A stretch of 64,000 bases of DNA from the human T2T-CHM13v2.0 reference genome, Homo sapiens. Positions 1 through 12,400 of this stretch are shown one piece after another. The first letter of the stretch is position 1; each line of letters begins with the position of its first letter. Both the position numbers and the translations under genes were made by a program. The stretch is from NCBI RefSeq assembly GCF_009914755.1, contig NC_060935.1. The stretch is one strand, 5' to 3'. The notes beneath the pieces are model-generated. The model did not search any database. It saw nothing but the letters and a program-made list of their open reading frames with translations, and had not been told where the DNA came from.

Positions 1-14
1 AAACTAAACAGGAG

Positions 15-184
15 CATTCTCAGAAACTGCTTTGTGATGTTTGTGTTCCACTTCAAGAATTGAACTTTCCTCTTGACAGAGCAGCTCTGAAACCCTATTT
101 TTCTAGAATCTGCAAGTGGACATTTGGAGGGCTTTGGGGCCTGTGGTGGAAAAGGAAAATCTTCACATAAAAACTAGATGGAAG
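15..184 (+). repeat. A-type monomer (W4-like), carries XbaI site and A-box/pJalpha-like GGTGGAAAAGGAAA; no CENP-B box
   Basis: CCTGTGGTGGAAAAGGAAAATCT sits at the box position and TCTAGA is at 102-107. The W label is inferred from the B-B-B-A-A order of SF3. Confidence 0.75.
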
Positions 185-355
185 CATTCTCAGAAACTAC
201 TTTGTGATGATTGCATTCGACTCACAGAGTTGAACATTCCTATAGATAGAGCAGGTTGTAAACAATCTTTTTCTAGAATCTGCGATTGGAGATTTGGACA
301 GCTTTGAGGCCTACTGTAGTAAAGGAAATAACTTCATCTAAAAACCAAACGGAAG
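185..355 (+). repeat. A-type monomer (W5-like); no CENP-B box
   Basis: CCTACTGTAGTAAAGGAAATAACT sits at the box position. Confidence 0.75.
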
Positions 356-523
356 CATTCACAGACAATTCTTAGTGATCATTGGATTGAACTAACAGAG
401 CTGAACATTCCTTTAGATGGAGCAGTTTCCAAACCCACTTTCTGTAGAATCTGCAAGTGGATATTTGGACTTCTCTGAGGATTTCGTTGGAAACGGGATA
501 AACTTCCCAGAACTACAGGGAAG
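356..523 (+). repeat. Short B-type monomer (W1-like) with canonical CENP-B box
   Basis: This is the shortest monomer (168 bp in this phase) and contains TTTCGTTGGAAACGGGA. Confidence 0.8.
482..498 (+). promoter_or_regulatory. CENP-B box (W1), representative; recurs once per HOR
   Basis: TTTCGTTGGAAACGGGA matches the 17-bp consensus YTTCGTTGGAARCGGGA. Confidence 0.95.
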
Positions 524-693
524 CATTGTGAGAAACTTCTTTGTGATGTTTGCATTCAACTCACAGAGTTGAACCTTGCTTTCATAGTTCAGCTTTCAAA
601 CACTCTTTTTGTAGAATCTGCAAGTGGATATTTGGACCACTTTGTGGCCTTCCTTCGAAACGGGTATATCTTCACATCAAACCTAGACAGAAG
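524..693 (+). repeat. B-type monomer (W2-like) with degenerate CENP-B box
   Basis: CTTCCTTCGAAACGGGT sits at the box position (649-665). Confidence 0.75.
649..665 (+). promoter_or_regulatory. Degenerate (probably non-binding) CENP-B box in W2, fixed in all HORs
   Basis: In CTTCCTTCGAAACGGGT the core TTCG is replaced by TTCC, while A and CGGG are retained. Confidence 0.8.
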
Positions 694-864
694 CATTCTC
701 AGAATGTTTCCTGTGAAGACTGCATTCAACTCACAGAGATGAACAATCCTGTTGATGGAGCACTTTGGAAACTCTCTTTCTTGGGATTCTGCAAGTTGAT
801 ATGTGGACCTCTGTGAAGATTTCGTTGGAAACGGGTTCATCTTCACAGAAAAACTAAACAGAAG
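694..864 (+). repeat. B-type monomer (W3-like) with intact CENP-B box core
   Basis: TTTCGTTGGAAACGGGT is at 820-836. Confidence 0.8.
820..836 (+). promoter_or_regulatory. CENP-B box (W3), representative; recurs once per HOR
   Basis: TTTCGTTGGAAACGGGT keeps all 9 core positions nTTCGnnnnAnnCGGGn. Confidence 0.92.
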
Positions 865-3800
865 CATTCTCAAAAACTACTTTGTGATGTTTGTGTTCCA
901 CTTCAAGAATTGAACTTTCCTCTTGACAGAGCAGCTCTGAAAACCTCTTTTTCTAGAATCTGCAAGTGGACATTTGGAGGGCTTTGAGGCCTGTGGTGGA
1001 AAAGGAAAATCTTCACATAAAAACTAGATGGAAGCATTCTCAGAAACTACTTTGTGATGATTGCATTCGACTCACAGAGTTGAACATTCCTATAGATAGA
1101 GCAGGTTGTAAACAATCTTTTTCTAGAATCTGCGATTGGAGATTTGGACTGCTTTGAGGCCTACTGTAGTAAAGGAAATAACTTCATCTAAAAACCAAAC
1201 GGAAGCATTCACAGACAATTCTTAGTGATCATTGGATTGAACTAACAGAGCTGAACATTCCTTTAGATGGAGCAGTTTCCAAACACACTTTCTGTAGAAT
1301 CTGCAAGTGGATATTTGGACCACTCTGAGGATTTCGTTGGAAACGGGATAAACTTCCCAGAACTACACGGAAGCATTCTGAGAAACTTCTTTGTGATGTT
1401 TGCATTCAACTCACAGAGTTGAACCTTGCTTTCATAGTTCAGCTTTCAAACACTCTTTTTGTAGAATCTGCAAGTGGATATTTGGACCACTTTGTGGCCT
1501 TCCTTCGAAACGGGTATATCTTCACATCAAACCTAGACAGAAGCATTCTCAGAATGTTTCCTGTGATGACTGCATTCAACTCACAGACGTGAACAATCCT
1601 GCTGATGGAGCAGTTTTGAAACTCTCTTTCTTTGGATTCTGCAAGTGGATATGTGGACCTCTGTGAAGATTTCGTTGGAAACGGGTTCATCTTCACAGAA
1701 AAACTAAACAGAAGCATTCTCAGAAACTGCTTTGTGATGTTTGTGTTCCACTTCAGGAATTGAACTTTCCTCTTGACAGAGCAGCTCTGAAACCCTCTTA
1801 TTCTATAATCTGCAAGTGGACATTTGGAGTGCTTTGAGGCCTGTGGTGGAAAAGGAAAATCTTCACATAAAAACTAGATGGAAGCATTCTCAGAAACTAC
1901 TTTGTGATGATTGCATTCGACTCACAGAGTTGAACATTCCTATAGATAGAGCAGGTTGTAAACAATCTTTTTGTAGAAAATGCGATTGGAGATTTGGACT
2001 GCTTTGAGGCCTACTGTAGTAAAGGAAATAACTTCATCTAAAAACCAAACGGAAGCATTCACAGACAATTCTTAGTGATCATTGGATTGAACTAACAGAG
2101 CTGAACATTCCTTTAGATGGAGCAGTTTCCAAACCCACTTTCTGTAGAATCTGCAAGTGGATATTTGGACTTCTCTGAGGATTTCGTTGGAAACGGGATA
2201 AACTTCCCAGAACTACACGGAAGCATTGTGAGAAACTTCTTTGTGATGTTTGCATTCAACTCACAGAGTTGAACCTTGCTTTCATAGTTCAGCTTTCAAA
2301 CACTCTTTTTGTAGAATCTGCAAGTGGATATTTGGACCACTTTGTGGCCTTCCTTCGAAACGGGTATATCTTCACATCAAACCTAGACAGAAGCATTCTC
2401 AGAATGTTTCCTGTGATGACTGCATTCAACTCACAGAGGTGAACAATCCTGCTGATGGAGCAGTTTTGAAACTCTCTTTCTTTGGATTCTACAAGTGGAT
2501 ATGTGGACCTCTGTGAAGATTTCGTTGGAAACGGGTTCATCTTCACAGAAAAACTAAACAGAAGCATTCTCAGAAACTGCTTTGTGATGTTTGTGTTCCA
2601 CTTCAGGAATTGAACTTTCCTCTTGACAGAGCAGCTCTGAAACCCTCTTATTCTAGAATCTGCAAGTGGACATTTGGAGGGCTTTGAGGCCTGTGGTGGA
2701 AAAGGAAAATCTTCACATAAAAACTAGATGGAAGCATTCTCAGAAACTATTTTGTGATGATGGCTTTCGACTCACAGAGGTGAACATTCCTATAGATAGA
2801 GCAGGTTGTAAACAATCTTTTTGTAGAATCTGCGATTGGAGATTTGGACTGCTTTGAGGCCTACTGTAGTAAAGGAAATAACTTCATCTAAAAACCAAAC
2901 GGAAGCATTCACAGACAATACTTAGTGATCATTGGATTGAACTAACAGAGCTGAACATTCCTTTAGATGGAGCAGTTTCCAAACACACTTTCTGTAGAAT
3001 CTGCAAGTGGATATTTGGACTTCTCTGAGGATTTCGTTGGAAACGGGATAAAATTCCCAGAACTACACGGAAGCATTCTGAGAAACTTCTTTGTAATGTT
3101 TGCATTCAACTCACAGAGTTGAACCTTGCTTTCATAGTTCAGCTTTCAAACACTCTTTTTGTACAATCTGCAAGTGGATATTTGGACCACTTTGTGGCCT
3201 TCCTTCGAAACGGGTATATCTTCATATCAAACCTAGACAGAAGCATTCTCAGAATGTTTCCTGTGATGACTGCATTCAACTCACAGAGGTGAACAATCCT
3301 GCTGATGGAGCAGTTTTGAAACTCTCTTTCTTTGGATTCTGCAAGTGGATATGTGGACGTCTGTGAAGATTTCGTTGGAAACGGGTTCATCTTCACAGAA
3401 AAACTAAACAGGAGCATTCTCAGAAAGTGCTTTGTGATGTTTGTGTTCCACTTCAGGAATTGAACTTTCCTCTTGACAGAGCAGCTCTGAAACCCTCTTT
3501 TTCTAGAATCTGCAAGTGGACATTTGGAGGGCTTTGAGGCCTGTGGTGGAAAAGGAAAATCTTCACATAAAAACTAGATGGAAGCATTCTCAGAAACTAC
3601 TTTGTGATGATTGCATTCGACTCACAGAGTTGAACATTCCTATAGATAGAGCAGGTTGTAAACAATCTTTTTGTAGAATCTGCGATTGGAGATTTGGACT
3701 GCTTTGAGGCCTACTGTAGTAAAGGAAATAACTTCATCTAAAAACCAAACGGAAGCATTCACAGACAATTCTTAGTGATCATTGGATTGAACTAACAGAG

Positions 3801-6800
3801 CTGAACATTCCTTTAGATGGCGCAGTTTCCAAACACACTTTCTGTAGAATCTGCAAGTGGATATTTGGACTTCTCTGAGGATTTCGTTGGAAACGGGATA
3901 AACTTCCCAGAACTACACGGAAGCATTGTGAGAAACTTCTTTGTGATGTTTGCATTCAACTCACAGAGTTGAACCTTGCTTTCATAGTTCAGCTTTCAAA
4001 CCCTCTTTTTGTAGAATCTGCAAGTGGATATTTGGGCCACTTTGTGGCCTTCCTTCGAAACGGGTATATCTTCACATCAAACCTAGACAGAAGCATTCTC
4101 AGAATGTTTCCTGTGATGACTGCATTCAACTCACAGAGGTGAACAATCCTGCTGATGGAGCAGTTTTGAAACTCTCTTTCTTTGGATTCTGCAAGTGGAT
4201 ATGTGGACCTCTGTGAAGATTTCGTTGGAAACGGGTTCATCTTCACAGAAAAACTAAACAGGAGCATTCTCAGAAACTGCTTTGTGATGTTTGTGTTCCA
4301 CTTCAAGAATTGAACTTTCCTCTTGACAGAGCAGCTCTGAAACCCTATTTTTCTAGAATCTGCAAGTGGACATTTGGAGGGCTTTGGGGCCTGTGGTGGA
4401 AAAGGAAAATCTTCACATAAAAACTAGATGGAAGCATTCTCAGAAACTACTTTGTGATGATTGCATTCGACTCACAGAGTTGAACATTCCTATAGATAGA
4501 GCAGGTTGTAAACAATCTTTTTCTAGAATCTGCGATTGGAGATTTGGACAGCTTTGAGGCCTACTGTAGTAAAGGAAATAACTTCATCTAAAAACCAAAC
4601 GGAAGCATTCACAGACAATTCTTAGTGATCATTGGATTGAACTAACAGAGCTGAACATTCCTTTAGATGGAGCAGTTTCCAAACCCACTTTCTGTAGAAT
4701 CTGCAAGTGGATATTTGGACTTCTCTGAGGATTTCGTTGGAAACGGGATAAACTTCCCAGAACTACAGGGAAGCATTGTGAGAAACTTCTTTGTGATGTT
4801 TGCATTCAACTCACAGAGTTGAACCTTGCTTTCATAGTTCAGCTTTCAAACACTCTTTTTGTAGAATCTGCAAGTGGATATTTGGACCACTTTGTGGCCT
4901 TCCTTCGAAACGGGTATATCTTCACATCAAACCTAGACAGAAGCATTCTCAGAATGTTTCCTGTGAAGACTGCATTCAACTCACAGAGATGAACAATCCT
5001 GTTGATGGAGCACTTTGGAAACTCTCTTTCTTGGGATTCTGCAAGTTGATATGTGGACCTCTGTGAAGATTTCGTTGGAAACGGGTTCATCTTCACAGAA
5101 AAACTAAACAGAAGCATTCTCAAAAACTACTTTGTGATGTTTGTGTTCCACTTCAAGAATTGAACTTTCCTCTTGACAGAGCAGCTCTGAAAACCTCTTT
5201 GTCTAGAATCTGCAAGTGGACATTTGGAGGGCTTTGAGGCCTGTGGTGGAAAAGGAAAATCTTCACATAAAAACTAGATGGAAGCATTCTCAGAAACTAC
5301 TTTGTGATGATTGCATTCGACTCACAGAGTTGAACATTCCTATAGATAGAGCAGGTTGTAAACAATCTTTTTCTAGAATCTGCGATTGGAGATTTGGACT
5401 GCTTTGAGGCCTACTGTAGTAAAGGAAATAACTTCATCTAAAAACCAAACGGAAGCATTCACAGACAATTCTTAGTGATCATTGGATTGAACTAACACAG
5501 CTGAACATTCCTTTAGATGGAGCAGTTTCCAAACACACTTTCTGTAGAATCTGCAAGTGGATATTTGGACCACTCTGAGGATTTCGTTGGAAACGGGATA
5601 AACTTCCCAGAACTACACGGAAGCATTCTGAGAAACTTCTTTGTGATGTTTGCATTCAACTCACAGAGTTGAACCTTGCTTTCATAGTTCAGCTTTCAAA
5701 CACTCTTTTTGTAGAATCTGCAAGTGGATATTTGGACCACTTTGTGGCCTTCCTTCGAAACGGGTATATCTTCACATCAAACCTAGACAGAAGCATTCTC
5801 AGAATGTTTCCTGTGATGACTGCATTCAACTCACAGACGTGAACAATCCTGCTGATGGAGCAGTTTTGAAACTCTCTTTCTTTGGATTCTGCAAGTGGAT
5901 ATGTGGACCTCTGTGAAGATTTCGTTGGAAACGGGTTCATCTTCACAGAAAAACTAAACAGAAGCATTCTCAGAAACTGCTTTGTGATGTTTGTGTTCCA
6001 CTTCAGGAATTGAACTTTCCTCTTGACAGAGCAGCTCTGAAACCCTCTTATTCTATAATCTGCAAGTGGACATTTGGAGTGCTTTGAGGCCTGTGGTGGA
6101 AAAGGAAAATCTTCACATAAAAACTAGATGGAAGCATTCTCAGAAACTACTTTGTGATGATTGCATTCGACTCACAGAGTTGAACATTCCTATAGATAGA
6201 GCAGGTTGTAAACAATCTTTTTGTAGAAAATGCGATTGGAGATTTGGACTGCTTTGAGGCCTACTGTAGTAAAGGAAATAACTTCATCTAAAAACCAAAC
6301 GGAAGCATTCACAGACAATTCTTAGTGATCATTGGATTGAACTAACAGAGCTGAACATTCCTTTAGATGGAGCAGTTTCCAAACCCACTTTCTGTAGAAT
6401 CTGCAAGTGGATATTTGGACTTCTCTGAGGATTTCGTTGGAAACGGGATAAACTTCCCAGAACTACACGGAAGCATTGTGAGAAACTTCTTTGTGATGTT
6501 TGCATTCAACTCACAGAGTTGAACCTTGCTTTCATAGTTCAGCTTTCAAACACTCTTTTTGTAGAATCTGCAAGTGGATATTTGGACCACTTTGTGGCCT
6601 TCCTTCGAAACGGGTATATCTTCACATCAAACCTAGACAGAAGCATTCTCAGAATGTTTCCTGTGATGACTGCATTCAACTCACAGAGGTGAACAATCCT
6701 GCTGATGGAGCAGTTTTGAAACTCTCTTTCTTTGGATTCTAAAAGTGGATATGTGGACCTCTGTGAAGATTTCGTTGGAAACGGGTTCATCTTCACAGAA

Positions 6801-9450
6801 AAACTAAACAGAAGCATTCTCAGAAACTGCTTTGTGATGTTTGTGTTCCACTTCAGGAATTGAACTTTCCTCTTGACAGAGCAGCTCTGAAACCCTCTTA
6901 TTCTAGAATCTGCAAGTGGACATTTGGAGGGCTTTGAGGCCTGTGGTGGAAAAGGAAAATCTTCACATAAAAACTAGATGGAAGCATTCTCAGAAACTAC
7001 TTTGTGATGATGGCTTTCGACTCACAGAGTTGAACATTCCTATAGATAGAGCAGGTTGTAAACAATCTTTTTGTAGAATCTGCGATTGGAGATTTGGACT
7101 GCTTTGAGGCCTACTGTAGTAAAGGAAATAACTTCATCTAAAAACCAAACGGAAGCATTCACAGACAATACTTAGTGATCATTGGATTGAACTAACAGAG
7201 CTGAACATTCCTTTAGATGGAGCAGTTTCCAAACACACTTTCTGTAGAATCTGCAAGTGGATATTTGGACTTCTCTGAGGATTTCGTTGGAAAAGGGATA
7301 AAATTCCCAGAACTACACGGAAGCATTCTGAGAAACTTCTTTGTAATGTTTGCATTCAACTCACAGAGTTGAACCTTGCTTTCATAGTTCAGCTTTCAAA
7401 CACTCTTTTTGTACAATCTGCAAGTGGATATTTGGACCACTTTGTGGCCTTCCTTCGAAACGGGTATATCTTCATATCAAACCTAGACAGAAGCATTCTC
7501 AGAATGTTTCCTGTGATGACTGCATTCAATTCACAGAGGTGAACAATCCTGCTGATGGAGCAGTTTTGAAACTCTCTTTCTTTGGATTCTGCAAGTGGAT
7601 ATGTGGACCACTGTGAAGATTTCGTTGGAAACGGGTTCATCTTCACAGAAAAACTAAACAGGAGCATTCTCAGAAAGTGCTTTGTGATGTTTGTGTTCCA
7701 CTTCAGGAATTGAACTTTCCTCTTGACAGAGCAGCTCTGAAACCCTCTTTTTCTAGAATCTGCAAGTGGACATTTGGAGGGCTTTGAGGCCTGTGGTGGA
7801 AAAGGAAAATCTTCACATAAAAACTAGATGGAAGCATTCTCAGAAACTACTTTGTGATGATTGCATTCGACTCACAGAGTTGAACATTCCTATAGATAGA
7901 GCAGGTTGTAAACAATCTTTTTGTAGAATCTGCGATTGGAGATTTGGACTGCTTTGAGGCCTACTGTAGTAAAGGAAATAACTTCATCTAAAAACCAAAC
8001 GGAAGCATTCACAGACAATTCTTAGTGATCATTGGATTGAACTAACAGAGCTGAACATTCCTTTAGATGGCGCAGTTTCCAAACACACTTTCTGTAGAAT
8101 CTGCAAGTGGATATTTGGACTTCTCTGAGGATTTCGTTGGAAACGGGATAAACTTCCCAGAACTACACGGAAGCATTGTGAGAAACTTCTTTGTGATGTT
8201 TGCATTCAACTCACAGAGTTGAACCTTGCTTTCATAGTTCAGCTTTCAAACCCTCTTTTTGTAGAATCTGCAAGTGGATATTTGGGCCACTTTGTGGCCT
8301 TCCTTCGAAACGGGTATATCTTCACATCAAACCTAGACAGAAGCATTCTCAGAATGTTTCCTGTGATGACTGCATTCAACTCACAGAGGTGAACAATCCT
8401 GCTGATGGAGCAGTTTTGAAACTCTCTTTCTTTGGATTCTGCAAGTGGATATGTGGACCTCTGTGAAGATTTCGTTGGAAACGGGTTCATCTTCACAGAA
8501 AAACTAAACAGGAGCATTCTCAGAAACTGCTTTGTGATGTTTGTGTTCCACTTCAAGAATTGAACTTTCCTCTTGACAGAGCAGCTCTGAAACCCTATTT
8601 TTCTAGAATCTGCAAGTGGACATTTGGAGGGCTTTGGGGCCTGTGGTGGAAAAGGAAAATCTTCACATAAAAACTAGATGGAAGCATTCTCAGAAACTAC
8701 TTTGTGATGATTGCATTCGACTCACAGAGTTGAACATTCCTATAGATAGAGCAGGTTGTAAACAATCTTTTTCTAGAATCTGCGATTGGAGATTTGGACA
8801 GCTTTGAGGCCTACTGTAGTAAAGGAAATAACTTCATCTAAAAACCAAACGGAAGCATTCACAGACAATTCTTAGTGATCATTGGATTGAACTAACAGAG
8901 CTGAACATTCCTTTAGATGGAGCAGTTTCCAAACCCACTTTCTGTAGAATCTGCAAGTGGATATTTGGACTTCTCTGAGGATTTCGTTGGAAACGGGATA
9001 AACTTCCCAGAACTACAGGGAAGCATTGTGAGAAACTTCTTTGTGATGTTTGCATTCAACTCACAGAGTTGAACCTTGCTTTCATAGTTCAGCTTTCAAA
9101 CACTCTTTTTGTAGAATCTGCAAGTGGATATTTGGACCACTTTGTGGCCTTCCTTCGAAACGGGTATATCTTCCCATCAAACCTAGACAGAAGCATTCTC
9201 AGAATGTTTCCTGTGATGACTGCATTCAACTCACAGAGGTGAACAATCCTGTTGATGGAGCAGTTATGAAACTCTCTTTCTTTGGATTCTGCAAGTTGAT
9301 ATGTGGACCTCTGTGAAGATTTCGTTGGAAATGGGTTCATCTTCACAGAAAAACTAAACAGAAGCATTCTCTGAAACTACTTTGTGATGTTTGTGTTCCA
9401 CTTCTAGAATTGAACTTTCCTCTTGACAGAGCAGCTCTGAAACCCTCTTT

Positions 9451-12400
9451 TTCTAGAATCTGCAAGTGGACATTTGGAGGGCTTTGAGGCCTGTGGTGGA
9501 AAAGGAAAATCTTCACATAAAAACTAGATGGAAGCATTCTCAGAAACTACTTTGTGATGATTGCATTCGACTCACAGAGTTGAACATTCCTATAGATAGA
9601 GCAGGTTGTAAACAATCTTTTGTAGAATCTGCGATTGGAGATTTGGACTGCTTTGAGGCCTACTGTAGTAAAGGAAATAACTTCATCTAAAAACCAAACG
9701 GAAGCATTCACAGACAATTCTTAGTTTTCATTGCATTGAACTAACAGAGCTGAACATTCCTTTAGATGGCGCAGTTTCCAAACACACTTTCTGTAGAATC
9801 TGCAAGTGGATATTTGGACTTCTCTGAGGATTTCGTTGGAAACGGGATAAACTTCCCAGAACTACACGGAAGCATTGTGAGAAACTTCTTTGTGATGTTT
9901 GCATTCAACTCACAGAGTTGAAACTTGCTTTCATAGTTCAGCTTTCAAACACTCTTTTTGTAGAATCTGCAAGTGGATATTTGGACCACTTTGTGGCCTT
10001 CCTTCGAAACGGGTATATCTTCACATCAAACCTAGACATAAGCATTCTCAGAATGTTTCCTGTGAAGACTGCATTCAACTCACAGAGATGAACAATCCTG
10101 TTGATGGAGCACTTTGGAAACTCTCTTTCTTTGGATTCTGCAAGTTGATATGTGGACCTCTGTGAAGATTTCGTTGGAAACGGGTTCATCTTCACAGAAA
10201 AACTAAACAGAAGCATTCTCAAAAACTACTTTGTGATGTTTGTGTTCCACTTCAAGAATTGAACTTTCCTCTTGACAGAGCAGTTCTGAAAACCTCTTTT
10301 TCTAGAATCTGCAAGTGGACATTTGGAGGGCTTTGAGGCCTGTGGTGGAAAAGGAAAATCTTCACATAAAAACTAGATGGAAGCATTCTCAGAAACTACT
10401 TTGTGATGATTGCATTCGACTCACAGAGTTGAACATTCCTATAGATAGAGCAGGTTGTAAACAATCTTTTTGTAGAATCTGCGATTGGAGATTCGGACTG
10501 CTTTGAGGCCTACTGTAGTAAAGGAAATAACTTCATCTAAAAACCAAACGGAAGCATTCACAGACAATTCTTAGTGATCATTGCATTGAACTAACAGAGC
10601 TGAACATTCCTTTACATGGCGCAGTTTCCAAACACACTTTCTGTAGAATCTGCAAGTGGATATTTGGACCTCTCTGAGGATTTCGTTGGAAACGGGATAA
10701 ACTTCCCAGAACTACACGGAAGCATGCTGAGAAACTTCTTTGTGATGTTTGCATTCAACTCACAGAGTTGAACCTTGCTTTCATAGTTCAGCTTTCAAAC
10801 ACTTTTTTTGTAGAATCTGCAAGTGGATATTTGGACCACTTTGTGGCCTTCCTTCGAAACGGGTATATCTTCACATCAAACCTAGACAGAAGCATTCTCA
10901 GAATGTTTCCTGTGATGACTGCATTCAACTCACAGAGGTGAACAATCCTGCTGATGGAGGAGTTTTGAAACTCTCTTTCTTTGGATTCTGCAAGTGGATA
11001 TGTGGACCTCTGTGAAGATTTCGTTGGAAACGGGTTCATCTTCACAGAAAAACTAAACAGAAGCATTCTCAGAAACTGCTTTGTGATGTTTGTGTTCCAC
11101 TTCAGGAATTGAACTTTCCTCTTGACAGAGCAGCTCTGAAACCCTCTTATTCTAGAATCTGCAAGTGGACATTTGGAGGGCTTGAGGCCTGTGGTGGAAA
11201 AGGAAAATCTTCACATAAAAACTAGATGGAAGCATTCTCAGAAACTACTTTGTGATGATTGCATTCGACTCACAGAGTTGAACATTCCTATAGATAGAGC
11301 AGGTTGTAAACAATCTTTTTCTAGAATCTGCTATTGGAGATTTGGACTCCTTTGAGGCCTACTGTAGTAAAGGAAATAACTTCATCTAAAAACCAAACGG
11401 AAGCATTCACAGACAATTCTCAGGATCATTGGATTGAACTAACAGAGCTGAACATTCCTTTAGATGGAGCAGTTTCCAAACACACTTTCTGTAGAATCTG
11501 CAAGTGGATATTTGGACTTCTCTGAGAATTTCGTTGGAAAAGGGATAAACTTCCCAGAACTACACGGAAGCATTGTGAGAAACTTCTTTGTGATGTTTGC
11601 ATTCAACTCACAGAGTTGAACCTTGCTTTCATAGTTCAGCTTTCAAACACTCTTTTTGTAGAATCTGCAAGTGGATATTTGGACCACTTTGTGGCCTTCC
11701 TTCGAAACGGGTATATCTTCACATCAAACCTAGACAGAAGCATTCTCAGAATGTTTCCTGTGATGACTGCATTCAACTCACAGAGGTGAACAATCCTGCT
11801 GATGGAGCAGTTTTGAAACTCTCTTTCTTTGGATTCTGCATGTGGATATGTTGACCGCTGTGAAGATTTCGTTGGAAACGGGTTCATCTTCACAGAAAAA
11901 CTAAACAGGAGCATTCTCAGAAACTGCTTTGTGATGTTTGTGTTCCACTTCAAGAATTGAACTTTCCTCTTGACAGAGCAGCTCTGAAACCCTCTTTTTC
12001 TAGAATCTGCAAGTGGACATTTGGAAGGATTTGAGGCCTGTGGTGGAAAAGGAAAATCTTCACATAAAAACTAGATGGAAGCATTCTCAGAAACTACTTT
12101 GTGATGATTGCATTCGACTCACAGAGTTGAACATTCCTATAGATAGAGCAGGTTGTAAACAATCTTTTTGTAGAATCTGCGATTGGAGATTTGGACTGCT
12201 TTGAGGCCTACTGTAGTAAAGGAAATAACTTCATCTAAAAACCAAACGGAAGCATTTACAGACAATTCTTAGTGATCATTGGATTGAACTAACAGAGCTG
12301 AACATTCCTTTAGATGGAGCAGTTTCCAAACCCACTTTCTGTAGAATCTGCAAGTGGATATTTGGACTTCTCTGAGGATTTCGTTGGAAACGGGATAAAC

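Larger units (their letters stand above)
15..864 (+). repeat. Reference 5-mer HOR unit (first complete copy), monomers of 170+171+168+170+171 bp
   Basis: Monomer starts at the CATT motif fall at 15, 185, 356, 524 and 694, and the next unit starts at 865. The sum is 850 bp. Confidence 0.95.
1..9170 (+). repeat. Tandem super-repeat of 5 HORs, period 4250 bp (~2.15 copies, open to the left)
   Basis: Private SNVs recur at +4250: GCTTTGGGGC at 131/4381/8631, TTCTATAATC at 1801/6051, TGGCTTTCGA at 2761/7011 and TTGGGCCAC at ~4032/8282. Similarity ends near 9174. Confidence 0.9.

Noticed and set aside
306-320. Short palindromes (AGGCCT, CTACTGTAG, TTCTAGAA, TTCGAA) as cruciform or terminator signals
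   Set aside because: Arms are only 3-4 bp, as expected by chance. No stable hairpin can be supported without folding calculations.
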